A program made the position numbers and the translations under genes. A DNA stretch of 64,000 nucleotides from positions 27,420-91,419 of the forward strand of contig VMCJ01000071.1 of the NCBI GenBank assembly GCA_008081395.1. Direction: 5' to 3'. Of the stretch, positions 11,004 through 20,850 are shown one piece after another. The DNA is from Rhodospirillales bacterium. Its GTDB lineage: Bacteria > Pseudomonadota > Alphaproteobacteria > Bin95. The stretch's first letter is position 1. Each line of letters opens with the position of its first letter. Under the pieces are notes generated by a model that was not told where the DNA came from, did no database searches, and was given only the letters and a program-made list of their open reading frames with translations.

Positions 11004-12140
11004 GTGAAACGCGCCTTTTTTGCTATTTTGACGTTTTTTCTCAGTTTATTAGGCTTCACCGGACCCGCAGTGTCCGAAGAAGTTTATGTGCCTGTACTGG
11101 CTCCAATCACAGGCTTTTTAGCGCTGGAGGGTGGAGCGCAGCGCAACGGAGCTGTTTTAGCAGCTGAGCATGCTAGCACACGACACGGCATAAAATTTGT
11201 TGCAGATGTTCAAGATACAACCACTGCGCCAGACGTGGCAGTAAGTGCGTTTCGAAGAGCACTTAAAGGTAACAAGCCCACCGCGATATTAGGACCAATA
11301 TTGGGTTCCCAAATGCTGGCATTATTGCCGCTTGCGGATAGGGAAGAATTGCCAATCCTAACTATATCGGGAACCGCGAAGCTTACAGAAATGGGAAGCG
11401 CAAACGTATTTCGCTTTTTCCCTGGAGACAGCGTGGTAAAAGCCGCTCATGCCCTTTATGCCATTGATCAAGTAGGTATGAAACGCCCTGCAATTTTGTT
11501 CCAGACAACCGCATACGGACAAAGCGGACGCACAGTACTTAAAGAAAATTTAAAAAATCTAGGCGTTGCTCCAGTTTATGAAGAGGGCTTGTCTCCTGCA
11601 GCCAAAGACCTTTCAGCAGCTTTAATGAAGGCGGCAGCTGCCGGTGCAGATGGCTTTCTTTTACATTTACATGCGGGCCCAACAGCGCTTGCAATTCGAC
11701 AAGCAAAAGAACTGGGCCTCGATCTTCCGATTGTAGCCGGTTCCGCAATGCATCAACCTACGACTGCTGCTTTGCTAGAACCATCAATGCTAAAGGGGGT
11801 TTGTGCTGAATCAGGTTCGGCCCCTGCCGCAGAAACAAAGGGTGCCGCTAAAGTTTTTGCTGACGCGTACCGCGCCCGTTTTGATACTGAACCCGATGCG
11901 TTCGCACTCGCAGAATATGATGCCGTAGGTATGTTCGCAGAGGGCGTAGCCGCTGGCGCCAAATCACCGGAAAGCATGCGTAGTTGGCTTAGTAAAAACT
12001 CTTACAACGGTGCGGCCATGAACTATTCCAGCGATGGAAAAGGAGATATGGCTCATTCGGCGATCATCGTTTGCTATGATGGCGCATCACGCGATGCAAA
12101 GGTAGTTCGTCGATACAAAGACGGGGCTTGGGTGGATTGA
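11004..12140 (+). CDS. ABC transporter substrate-binding protein, branched-chain amino acid (LivK/LivJ) family
   Basis: N-terminal signal peptide (MKRAFFAILTFFLSLLGFTGPAVS); type I periplasmic binding fold; sits upstream of the livHMGF genes. Confidence 0.8.
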   Translation: MKRAFFAILTFFLSLLGFTGPAVSEEVYVPVLAPITGFLALEGGAQRNGAVLAAEHASTRHGIKFVADVQDTTTAPDVAVSAFRRALKGNKPTAILGPILGSQMLALLPLADREELPILTISGTAKLTEMGSANVFRFFPGDSVVKAAHALYAIDQVGMKRPAILFQTTAYGQSGRTVLKENLKNLGVAPVYEEGLSPAAKDLSAALMKAAAAGADGFLLHLHAGPTALAIRQAKELGLDLPIVAGSAMHQPTTAALLEPSMLKGVCAESGSAPAAETKGAAKVFADAYRARFDTEPDAFALAEYDAVGMFAEGVAAGAKSPESMRSWLSKNSYNGAAMNYSSDGKGDMAHSAIIVCYDGASRDAKVVRRYKDGAWVD

Positions 12141-12190
12141 GCCAATGTTTAGCCCTGAAATGTAGGGCTCTCAAAAAATAAGGCTTTAGC

Positions 12191-13063
12191 TTGGACGCAC
12201 TTTCTTTTCAGCTTCTTTTTAATGGACTTGTTCTGGGAGCTGGATATGGCGTCTTGGGGCTCGGTTTTGCACTAACGCTTAGGGCTGCCGGTGCAGTTAA
12301 TTTTGCTCATGGGGATGTTGCCGCAGTAGCAGCCTATGGTGGGGTAACTGCAGTATTATTTGGGGCGACCGGGGTCCTTGCTGTTGGGGTGGCAACACTT
12401 GTAGGTGGAGCTTTAGGGCTTGTAGTGGCCGCTATTGCATGGGCACCTCTCCGTCAGCGCCCAGTAGAATCTACTTTCATAGCTGCCATCGCTTTAGGAA
12501 TAGTGGCACAAAATAGTTTAACTGTTGGTTTTGGCGGTGCGCCTCGAGCTTTGCCGGCTATTTTGAGTGGTGGATGGCGCCTTGATGGGCTTTATTTATC
12601 TGCCCACGGCATAATCTCTTTAGGAATGGCAATATTTGCCTTTACGTTTACAGCACTCTTGCTACTTAAAAGTCGATTTGGAATGCGGCTTCGCGCTGCC
12701 GCAGAGGATCCAGAAATAGCTGCTGCCCATGGGCTTCCTGTTATAAAGCTAGCAATATTTGCCTTCGTTTTTGCTGGAATTCTATCGGGATTGGCCGGAG
12801 CCATCTTATCCACCCAACATTATGTCACTCCTGCTGTTGGAGCTATTTACATTCTCAAGGCTTACATCGCTGCAACGGCCGCAGGATGGGGCCGAATCTT
12901 TCCAACTGCATTAATTGCAGTTGCTATTGCGCTATTTGAAACTATCGGAGCGGCGCTGTTCTCTCACGCTGTAGCAGAAGGTGTTCTTTATCTAGCTTTC
13001 CTAACACTGCTAGTTTTCCGACCAGAAGGTTTAGCTGGAGACGTCAGAGGACGCCGCGTATGA
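12191..13063 (+). CDS. livH: Branched-chain amino acid ABC transporter permease (LivH-like)
   Basis: Polytopic membrane protein; 290 aa. Confidence 0.8.
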   Translation: MDALSFQLLFNGLVLGAGYGVLGLGFALTLRAAGAVNFAHGDVAAVAAYGGVTAVLFGATGVLAVGVATLVGGALGLVVAAIAWAPLRQRPVESTFIAAIALGIVAQNSLTVGFGGAPRALPAILSGGWRLDGLYLSAHGIISLGMAIFAFTFTALLLLKSRFGMRLRAAAEDPEIAAAHGLPVIKLAIFAFVFAGILSGLAGAILSTQHYVTPAVGAIYILKAYIAATAAGWGRIFPTALIAVAIALFETIGAALFSHAVAEGVLYLAFLTLLVFRPEGLAGDVRGRRV

Positions 13064-14577
13064 GTCCATATGACCTGCATTTGCTTACATTAGCATTAGC
13101 TTTGGCAGCTGGTGCCATAGGTTGGCAAATTATATTTGGCCTTGCAGGAGCTCTATCGCTTGCCGCGGGAACAGCGATGGGACTAGGGGCATATGCTGTT
13201 GTCCTTCTAGCGCTTAAACTTGATTTGCCCTACGCCGTTGCCGTTCCCACCGCAGCTCTTATAGCCAGTCTAATTATTGCGGCTATGGGGGTCGCCGCTG
13301 CGAGGCTGGAAACTCACTACTTTGCTCTTGCCACACTCGCTATGGCGGAAGGAGTAGTATTAGTTGCTATTAACTGGGAAAGCTTGACTGGTGGGGCTAA
13401 TGGGCTCCTCGGTCCTACCCCTCCAGATTGGCTCTTAGATGATCAAGGCAAATTGTTCTTATCCGCATCGGTAACTCTAATCGCAGTATTCATTTATTCA
13501 TCATTTAAGCGATACGCTGGGCAAGAAAAGCTAGCTCTATTGCGTACACAACCATTGGCAGCAAAAGCTTTTGGAATAAATGGTCCACAAACAAGACTTA
13601 TAGCCATGCTAGCGGGTGGACTGTGCGGTGGTTTGGGAGGGGCGATACACGCACTTGCAGTTGGTGTTGTGTCCCCAGACATCCTGTCATTTAAAACAAT
13701 GGCCGCTATTCTGGCAGTGGTTCTTATTGGGGGGCGTTATAGTCCTTTAGCAGCTGTAATAACCTCGATTGCAGTTACTTTTGGGCCAGAATACCTGAGA
13801 TTTTTGGAAGATTCCTATTTGATCTTTTATGGCCTTCTTCTCCTTCTAGCTATTTTATTTCTTCCTACTGGCATAGCAGGGCTTTTCCCCAAATTTTCTC
13901 TTATCAGGTCCTCAAATAAGAAAGCCGAAAAATTTCCTATAAAAGATGAAATACCGCTGCGATCACAGGGACTCCACCGAAGTTTTGGCGGTTTAACTGC
14001 TGTGAATAACGTTTCTCTGAACCTTAAAAAGGGAGAAATTGTGGGCCTTATCGGTCCAAACGGGGCGGGAAAGTCAACGCTTCTCAATCTGCTGTCTGGC
14101 ATCGATCGACCGGATTCCGGTCAGATTGAACTAGCGTTCGGTGTTCGAATTGGTCGAACCTTTCAAACACCCGCATTAATTGAGGATGAAACAGTTGACG
14201 GTAATTATGCAGTGGTGGGCTACAAAAACAACGACCGGCGCCTGGTAAAATCCCTTTCGCAGAGCGAGCGTCGTTTCGTTGAGATTACCAGGGCACGTGA
14301 ATACGCCAACGGGGTCGTTCTGCTAGACGAACCTGCTGCCGGTCTCTCATCCGATGAACGCAGTAAACTAACCGAAGAAATTAGGAAATTAGCAAAAACT
14401 GCGGCTGTGGTGATAGTGGAACACAACGTTCCTTTCGTTGCTAAACTTGCTGATCGGCTCGTGTGCCTTTCGGAAGGTCGTATTATTGCTGATGGAAAAC
14501 CAAAAGACCTTGTTCGTAACCCTATCGTAGTTTCTGCATACCTAGGCGCAGCGATGGATTTAGGACATGAACAATGA
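13060..14577 (+). CDS. Fused LivM-like permease / LivG-like ABC ATPase
   Basis: Residues 1-290 are polytopic membrane; C-terminal ~200 aa carry Walker A GPNGAGKST, Walker B VVLLDEP and a degenerate signature (LSQSERR). Confidence 0.8.
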   Translation: MSPYDLHLLTLALALAAGAIGWQIIFGLAGALSLAAGTAMGLGAYAVVLLALKLDLPYAVAVPTAALIASLIIAAMGVAAARLETHYFALATLAMAEGVVLVAINWESLTGGANGLLGPTPPDWLLDDQGKLFLSASVTLIAVFIYSSFKRYAGQEKLALLRTQPLAAKAFGINGPQTRLIAMLAGGLCGGLGGAIHALAVGVVSPDILSFKTMAAILAVVLIGGRYSPLAAVITSIAVTFGPEYLRFLEDSYLIFYGLLLLLAILFLPTGIAGLFPKFSLIRSSNKKAEKFPIKDEIPLRSQGLHRSFGGLTAVNNVSLNLKKGEIVGLIGPNGAGKSTLLNLLSGIDRPDSGQIELAFGVRIGRTFQTPALIEDETVDGNYAVVGYKNNDRRLVKSLSQSERRFVEITRAREYANGVVLLDEPAAGLSSDERSKLTEEIRKLAKTAAVVIVEHNVPFVAKLADRLVCLSEGRIIADGKPKDLVRNPIVVSAYLGAAMDLGHEQ

Positions 14578-15284
14578 CCTGCGACTTGCTCAGTATTGAC
14601 CAGGCCACTATTGGACCCGCAGAAACCCCAAGGTGCGGCCCGATAAGCCTTAACATTAGAAGCGGCGAAATACTTGCATTACTTGGGCCAAACGGCGCTG
14701 GTAAGTCCAGCCTGTTAAGGGCGGTAATGGGTTTAGAGGCCATAAGCTCTGGCCAAGTAACATGGGAAGGTCAACTTGTTCCCTCGCAGAAACCAAGAGA
14801 GATAGCCTTGTTAGGCATTGGCTATGTTCCAGAAGGAAGGCGGGTTTTCCCCGGCCTAAGCGTAGAGGAAAACCTGATAGCCGTCTTCAATGGAAATTGG
14901 CATTCCGCCAAAGTCCGGATGAGGGAGATCTGGGCCCTATTTCCCGAGATATTGGCTCGGCACCGGTCTGAAGCCTGGCGACTTTCAGGAGGAGAGCAGC
15001 AAATGCTTGCTATAGGCCGGGCTCTGATGCGTTCCCCAAAGTTGATTATGCTTGATGAACCATCGCTTGGTCTTGCTCCAATGGCTGTTAATCGAACATT
15101 TGATGCTATTCGCAAAGTCAGAGATGCAGGAACCGCTGTTTTAATATCTGAACAAAATACTCATCACGCCTTGGAGGTCGCAGACCGCGCCGTAGTTATT
15201 AATAGGGGTCAGATTGTTGCGACTGGTTCTCCAGAGGTATTCAGGGACCCGGAAGTAATGACTAAGCTGTATCTAAATCACTGA
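14574..15284 (+). CDS. livF: Branched-chain amino acid ABC transporter ATP-binding protein (LivF-like)
   Basis: Canonical Walker A GPNGAGKSS, LSGGEQQ signature, Walker B LIMLDEPSLGL. Confidence 0.85.
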   Translation: MTCDLLSIDQATIGPAETPRCGPISLNIRSGEILALLGPNGAGKSSLLRAVMGLEAISSGQVTWEGQLVPSQKPREIALLGIGYVPEGRRVFPGLSVEENLIAVFNGNWHSAKVRMREIWALFPEILARHRSEAWRLSGGEQQMLAIGRALMRSPKLIMLDEPSLGLAPMAVNRTFDAIRKVRDAGTAVLISEQNTHHALEVADRAVVINRGQIVATGSPEVFRDPEVMTKLYLNH

Positions 15285-15444
15285 AGAGGTCTCAGCTGTT
15301 TTTGGAAGGCATTAGATTTCCGGTGCTTAGACAACCCAACAAACAGCAATGAAATTTTAGGTAAAATCCAGTTCTGGTGTAGTTTTAATCAATCATGGGT
15401 TTCTTGGTATTTTCTTTGATATACTGAGAGCTCTTTTAAGAAAG

Positions 15445-16440
15445 GTGCTTAGGATGGGTGATGTGGTCGGGGCAGCAATTGTTGGTTTAGGTCGATGGGG
15501 TCAACTTTTGGTCTCATCCGTTGATAACAGCACCTCGTTTCGATTTAAAAGGGCCATAACAAGAACACCATCGAAAGTAGATACCTTTTGTGAAGATCGT
15601 AAAATAGCGCTTTCCGACAATCTAGAAGATGCATTAAACGACGACTCAATTGATGTCGTTGTTATCGCAACCCCCCACACCCAACATTTTGAACAGTTAA
15701 TGGCCGTAGCTGAGGCAGGAAAACATGTTTTCTGCGAGAAACCGTGGACCTTGACCGGCAAGGAAGGAAAACAAGCTTTAGATGCCTTCAAGTCCCGGGG
15801 TTTAAAGGTTGCAATAGGTCACAATCGGCGATTTGCACCAAACTCAATAGAAATGAAGAAAATTCTAGATAGCAAGCAATTAGGAGCACCCATCCATATT
15901 GATGGACACTTTGATTCTAATTTAGCACCTGCGGGTGGATTATGGCGCGATAGCCGAAAAGAGAGCCCAGCCGGCGGTATGACTTCGATGGGGATCCATG
16001 CGCTAGACATGTTCATCAACATGTTTGGGCGGATAAAAGACGTTAATGTTCAAAGCCTACGGGTCGCTTCACCAATTGATGTTGACGACTCTACCCTAGT
16101 TCGCGTGAATTTTGAGAATGGCTGTACCGGACATTTGACAACCCTATCCGCGACGAACACGCTCTGGCGTATTTCAGCCTATTGCCTTGGTGGTTGGGTA
16201 GAAATTAGAGACCAAGATAAAATAGAGATATCATCTATTGCAGAAGGTACCTCACAGTCTAATTACCCCGGGTTCGATTACCCGGCGATGGCAACCATTC
16301 AAGCCGCACTCGAATGCTTTGGTAGCGACGTCACCGGCGGAGATAGTTTCCCCGTTAGTGCCGAAGAGATTGATCATGCGACAACTGTCCTAGAGGCAAT
16401 TATTCAATCCGCAGAAAGTGGGCAAACTATATCAATATAA
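15445..16440 (+). CDS. Gfo/Idh/MocA-family NAD(P)-dependent oxidoreductase
   Basis: N-terminal Rossmann fold AIVGLGRWG and GFO/IDH/MOCA-type core; the true start may be the Met at 15454. Confidence 0.75.
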   Translation: MLRMGDVVGAAIVGLGRWGQLLVSSVDNSTSFRFKRAITRTPSKVDTFCEDRKIALSDNLEDALNDDSIDVVVIATPHTQHFEQLMAVAEAGKHVFCEKPWTLTGKEGKQALDAFKSRGLKVAIGHNRRFAPNSIEMKKILDSKQLGAPIHIDGHFDSNLAPAGGLWRDSRKESPAGGMTSMGIHALDMFINMFGRIKDVNVQSLRVASPIDVDDSTLVRVNFENGCTGHLTTLSATNTLWRISAYCLGGWVEIRDQDKIEISSIAEGTSQSNYPGFDYPAMATIQAALECFGSDVTGGDSFPVSAEEIDHATTVLEAIIQSAESGQTISI

Positions 16441-16556
16441 TATTTCAATTATAAACCGATGGTGTTGTCAAATATTTGGTAAATAAAAATTAAATATGAA
16501 TTTTATGTCTACATGAAATTATAATTTTTTATATTTATTTTGTGGTTTTTATTACA

Positions 16557-17453
16557 TCAAGTGTATTGGTGTGGCCGTTTAGTCAAACGAGAGATTAAAA
16601 ACTCTAATTGATCGTAATCTTTGTAATGCAAAACAAGGCGGCCGCCCCGCTTGCCAACTGGCTGTAGAGCAGCTTTGAGACCAAGCGCATCACTCAGATC
16701 TTTCTCTGCAGACACGACATTTGGGTCTCTACTAGAGGGTTTTCGGGGTGCTTGCATACCGCCTTCTTGCACCAATCGCTCGGTCTGACGCACATTCAAT
16801 CCACGTTGAACCACTAGTTCAGCAAGTTTTTCTGGGTCTTTAGCCACCAGCAATGCTCTCGCGTGACCCGCAGATAAACGACCTTCCGCCACATAGGTAC
16901 GAAGTGTTGGTGGAAGATTTAGAAGTCTCATCATGTTGGCTACATGAGGTCGGCTCTTACCAACCGCTTTAGCTAAATCCTCCTGGGTATAGCTAAATGA
17001 ATCCACTAAGTTCTGATAACCATTAGCCTCTTCGATTGGGTTCAGATCTTCCCTTTGAATATTTTCGATCAAAGCAATTTCTAAGGCATCACGATCCGTC
17101 ATATCCCTTAAAATTACTGGAACCTCTGCCAAACCCGCCCTTTGAGCAGCTCGCCAGCGTCGTTCACCAGCAATAATTTCATAACCAGACAGCTCGCCAG
17201 ACAGCCTTCGAGCAATGATGGGTTGTAACATTCCACGCTCACGAATGGATTGAGCAAGTGCGTCTAAAGCTTCTTCATTAAAATGTCGTCGAGGCTGTCC
17301 ACTACCAGGCTGAAGTGATGCAACAGGTAGAGACCGGGTGGCTTTATTGGTAGCACTGCCCTCAGTCACGTGGTCTGAACCATCTTCTCCCAGTAACGCA
17401 GCTAAGCCGCGACCTAGCTTTGGACGAACGGATTTATTTTCGACAATGCTCAT
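16557..17453 (-). CDS. parB: Chromosome partitioning protein ParB
   Basis: ParB box region (GERRWRAAQ), HTH and C-terminal dimerisation domain; translationally coupled to parA. Confidence 0.9.
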   Translation of the reverse strand: MSIVENKSVRPKLGRGLAALLGEDGSDHVTEGSATNKATRSLPVASLQPGSGQPRRHFNEEALDALAQSIRERGMLQPIIARRLSGELSGYEIIAGERRWRAAQRAGLAEVPVILRDMTDRDALEIALIENIQREDLNPIEEANGYQNLVDSFSYTQEDLAKAVGKSRPHVANMMRLLNLPPTLRTYVAEGRLSAGHARALLVAKDPEKLAELVVQRGLNVRQTERLVQEGGMQAPRKPSSRDPNVVSAEKDLSDALGLKAALQPVGKRGGRLVLHYKDYDQLEFLISRLTKRPHQYT

Positions 17454-18313
17454 GCTGCCACCACCTTAACTGACCCACCTGGTAATAAACCTTCACGTTG
17501 CAAAAACTCACGGGCTAAATCCAGATATGCCCTGCTACCCGTGCAATTAAGATCGTAGAGCAACACAGGCTTTCCATGGGACGGAGCCTCCGAGACTCGT
17601 ACATTCCTTGGAATCTCCGCTTTATAAACAATGTCACCAAAGTGTGCTCTCACATCGGCCGCAACGGCTTCAGCCAACCGAATTCTCCTGTCCATCATTG
17701 TTATCACAATGCCCTCAAGAGCTAACTCGGGGTTTAATCGCTCGGCAACCAGATCAATTGTTCTCTTCAAATGACTTAGCCCCTCAAGCGCAAGGAACTC
17801 GGCCTGCAGTGGGGCAAAAGCGCCATCTGCAGCAACAAGCGCATTTAAAGTCAAAAGGCCAAGCGACGGGGGACAATCAATTAAAATAAATGAGTATCCT
17901 AGTGGTCCTGATTCGCTTTTTGCTTGGTTTAAAGCATCTGCTAACCGGCGCTCCCGCCTCGGCATATCTACCAATTCGATTTCTGCACCAGACAAATCCA
18001 TCGTAGATGGAACAATGTCAAAGAGCGGCATCTCAGTCTTAAACGCTGCCTCAGCAAGGCTACACTCGCCAATTAAAACATCATACACCCCAACCTTCCG
18101 CCGATTGGCTGGAATTCCCACTCCGGTCGATGCATTTCCCTGTGGATCTAAATCAATTACGAGAGTTCGCTGGCCGCAAGCAGCTAAAGCAGCCGCAAGA
18201 TTAACTGCGGTAGTGGTTTTGCCAACACCGCCCTTTTGATTAACTACTGCAATAACGCGAGGCAATCTTTCCTCATGAGCGTCATCATTTGTATCAGAGT
18301 TTATTTGCGTCAT
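17450..18313 (-). CDS. parA: Chromosome partitioning ATPase ParA
   Basis: Deviant Walker A KGGVGKTT; 4-bp overlap with parB. Confidence 0.9.
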   Translation of the reverse strand: MTQINSDTNDDAHEERLPRVIAVVNQKGGVGKTTTAVNLAAALAACGQRTLVIDLDPQGNASTGVGIPANRRKVGVYDVLIGECSLAEAAFKTEMPLFDIVPSTMDLSGAEIELVDMPRRERRLADALNQAKSESGPLGYSFILIDCPPSLGLLTLNALVAADGAFAPLQAEFLALEGLSHLKRTIDLVAERLNPELALEGIVITMMDRRIRLAEAVAADVRAHFGDIVYKAEIPRNVRVSEAPSHGKPVLLYDLNCTGSRAYLDLAREFLQREGLLPGGSVKVVAA

Positions 18314-18962
18314 CCGGCCTTAGACACCATATCTTGAGTATTATACCCTCATCAGAGGTAATACTAGGGATCATTTCATATTTCATTGTCCAGCTTTTCA
18401 TTGCTTCGGTCAATTCTTTTTCGACCTGCGCCCCCTTGTGCATCAAAGCGAAACCAGAGGGTTCAAGAGCCCCATAGATAAAAGGTAAAAGTCGAACCAA
18501 AGGAGCTACAGCCCTCCCAGTTACAAACTGGAATTTGCCGAAAGCCACATTCTGTAAAGCTTTATCAAACCGCTCTGGTATTACACGCACATCAACACCA
18601 GCATGCCTTGCAGCTTCACGAAGAAAAACTGCTTTTCGTTGATCACTATCTACCAAAGTTATGGGCAAACCACTGATGCAAGATAGCACAAGGCCAGGAA
18701 AACCAGCACCAGAGCCAAAATCCACCAAAGCACTTGAACCTGGGCTTTCCCCTAATAAGGGAAAGACCTGCGCAGAGTCCAAGACATGTCTGGTCCAAAT
18801 ATCATTTAAATTAGCTGGGCCAATCAGATTGATCCGTTGACGCCAGCGATCTAGCACAGAAACGTAACGAACAAGCCTCTCTATGCTTAAATCGTTAACA
18901 CCAAACTTTTCTAACGCATCACGCACATCATGAGGGGGCTGGAATTCAATTAGGGGGCTCAC
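18294..18962 (-). CDS. rsmG: 16S rRNA (guanine527-N7)-methyltransferase RsmG (GidB)
   Basis: SAM-MTase motif [11 protein letters not shown]; sits between mnmG and parA. Confidence 0.85.
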   Translation of the reverse strand: MSPLIEFQPPHDVRDALEKFGVNDLSIERLVRYVSVLDRWRQRINLIGPANLNDIWTRHVLDSAQVFPLLGESPGSSALVDFGSGAGFPGLVLSCISGLPITLVDSDQRKAVFLREAARHAGVDVRVIPERFDKALQNVAFGKFQFVTGRAVAPLVRLLPFIYGALEPSGFALMHKGAQVEKELTEAMKSWTMKYEMIPSITSDEGIILKIWCLRPDDANKL

Positions 18963-20848
18963 GACGCCATGTCAGCCCTGCGATTAGCTCTGACACGGCG
19001 CAACAAAGCTGTAATCGCAGCAGGAGTTACCCCCGGGGTCCGTGCAGCAGCTCCAATCGTCCGCGGCCTTGATGCAGTTAACTTTTGTCGAGCTTCGGTA
19101 GATAACCCCTCTATCTTCCAGAAATCGAGATCATTGGGCAATTCCATCGTTTCGTCGCGCTTGAAAGCCGCAACATCAGCCTCCTGCCGAGCGAGATATG
19201 TTGCATACTGGGCATCAGTAGATAGGCTCTCACGCGCCCACATCGGGGTATCCGCTATTTGCGGCCAAAGCGCCAGCAGTCCTGTCGAAGATGGACCAAA
19301 TCGCCCAAACAACTCCAAAGCTGTTCGGCGTTTGCCGTCAGAACTACCAGGCAATCCAACTGCCTCTAATTCAGAAGGTGATGCCGTTAGTGCGTTAAGC
19401 TTAGCCTCAAGGGCCTCCAATGCATTTTGTTTCACGTGAAACAAGTGCTGTCTGGGCTCTCTCACACACCCCAACTCTATTCCACGACCTGTTAATCGCC
19501 GATCAGCATTATCCGCACGAAGTCGCAACCTAAATTCAGCTCTCGATGTAAACATTCGATATGGCTCATCGACTCCTCGCACAACAAGGTCATCAATCAT
19601 GACACCCAAATACGCCTCTGTGCGATCAAATATTGCAGGGTCGTTGCCCCCTACTGTTCGGGCTGCGTTCAATCCGGCAACCAGGCCCTGAGCGGCTGCC
19701 TCCTCATATCCCGTGGTGCCGTTGATTTGGCCCGCTAAAAATAGCCGGGGTATCCGCCTTGTCTCTAAACTGTGATCCAGCTCCCTTGGATCAATAAAGT
19801 CATATTCCACTGCATAACCTGGTCGGGCTATTTCTACCGCCTCTAGACCTGGAATTGTTTGAAGGAACGCACGCTGCACATCTTCTGGCAAGCTCGTCGA
19901 GATTCCATTCGGGTATATAAGGGGGTCATTTAAGCCTTCTGGCTCAAGAAATATTTGATGATTATCTTTGTCAGAGAACCGGGTTATTTTATCCTCAATC
20001 GAAGGACAGTACCTTGGCCCCGACCCACTTATATTCCCACTATGAATCGCCGATTCATTAATCCGCGACCGAATTATGTCATGGGTCTTTGAGGTCGTGC
20101 GAGTAATATGGCAGACCGTTTGGGGTACCGTTATGCGTTCGGTGAGAGCCGAAAATGGCTCCGGAGGGTCGTCCCCTAATTGTGGCTCTAACACGTCGAA
20201 CCGAATGGTCTCCTTAAGCAACCGAGGCGGTGTGCCTGTCTTAAGTCGCCCCATTTGAAACCCTGCCACCTCAAGGCGCTCCCCGAGAACCGTTGCCGCC
20301 GCATCACCAACCCGGCCCGCTGGGCTGTTTTTGGTGCCTATATGGATAACGCCTCGGAGAAACGTACCGGTTGTAATAACTACAGCGCCCGCAACCAGCT
20401 CTTCTCCTGTTTCCATTCTGACGCCAGAGCAGTGCCCTTGGCCTGAAACCAAAATGTCAGCCACTGCTCCTTCCAAAACGCTTAAGTGGGTTTGTTCTTT
20501 TACTGCTTCTTGAATTGCCTCCCGATACAACGCACGATCTGCTTGAGCACGCGGACCGCGCACTGCCGGCCCTTTGCTGCGGTTTAAAACACGGAACTGA
20601 ATACCTGATGCATCTGCCGCACGCCCCATAATCCCATCTAGAGCATCAATTTCACGAACAAGGTGTCCTTTTCCAAGGCCCCCTATAGCTGGGTTGCAAG
20701 ACATCTCACCAATACGATCAAACCGATGGGTGATCAGCAACGTTTTCGCGCCAAATCTCGCCGCCGCGCCCGCCGCCTCAACACCGGCGTGGCCTCCGCC
20801 AACAACAATTACATCATAGTTATTTTTTATTTGTTTCACGTGAAACAC
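18959..20848 (-). CDS. mnmG: tRNA uridine 5-carboxymethylaminomethyl modification enzyme MnmG (GidA)
   Basis: N-terminal FAD motif [12 protein letters not shown]; 629 aa; GTG start at 20848. Confidence 0.95.
   Translation of the reverse strand: MFHVKQIKNNYDVIVVGGGHAGVEAAGAAARFGAKTLLITHRFDRIGEMSCNPAIGGLGKGHLVREIDALDGIMGRAADASGIQFRVLNRSKGPAVRGPRAQADRALYREAIQEAVKEQTHLSVLEGAVADILVSGQGHCSGVRMETGEELVAGAVVITTGTFLRGVIHIGTKNSPAGRVGDAAATVLGERLEVAGFQMGRLKTGTPPRLLKETIRFDVLEPQLGDDPPEPFSALTERITVPQTVCHITRTTSKTHDIIRSRINESAIHSGNISGSGPRYCPSIEDKITRFSDKDNHQIFLEPEGLNDPLIYPNGISTSLPEDVQRAFLQTIPGLEAVEIARPGYAVEYDFIDPRELDHSLETRRIPRLFLAGQINGTTGYEEAAAQGLVAGLNAARTVGGNDPAIFDRTEAYLGVMIDDLVVRGVDEPYRMFTSRAEFRLRLRADNADRRLTGRGIELGCVREPRQHLFHVKQNALEALEAKLNALTASPSELEAVGLPGSSDGKRRTALELFGRFGPSSTGLLALWPQIADTPMWARESLSTDAQYATYLARQEADVAAFKRDETMELPNDLDFWKIEGLSTEARQKLTASRPRTIGAAARTPGVTPAAITALLRRVRANRRADMAS
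19428..19443. promoter_or_regulatory. parS centromere-like site (perfect TGTTTCACGTGAAACA) inside mnmG
   Basis: Exact 16-bp palindrome matching the ParB-binding consensus; it encodes FHVKQ in mnmG. Confidence 0.8.
20832..20847. promoter_or_regulatory. parS centromere-like site (perfect TGTTTCACGTGAAACA) spanning mnmG codons 1-6
   Basis: Exact 16-bp palindrome immediately inside the mnmG GTG start; it encodes M-FHVKQ. Confidence 0.8.
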
Positions 20849-20850
20849 CG

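Noticed and set aside
12141-12190. Hairpin AGCCCT-gaaatgt-AGGGCT between the substrate-binding-protein gene and livH as a terminator/attenuator
   Set aside because: The stem is short (6 bp) and is followed by an A-run rather than a T-run on the transcribed strand. At most it is a weak partial terminator.
16266-16286. tRNA T-arm-like motif CCGGGTTCGATTACCCGG
   Set aside because: It lies inside the intact Gfo/Idh/MocA CDS (encoding NYPGFDYPAM). There is no flanking acceptor or anticodon stem structure, so it is coincidental.
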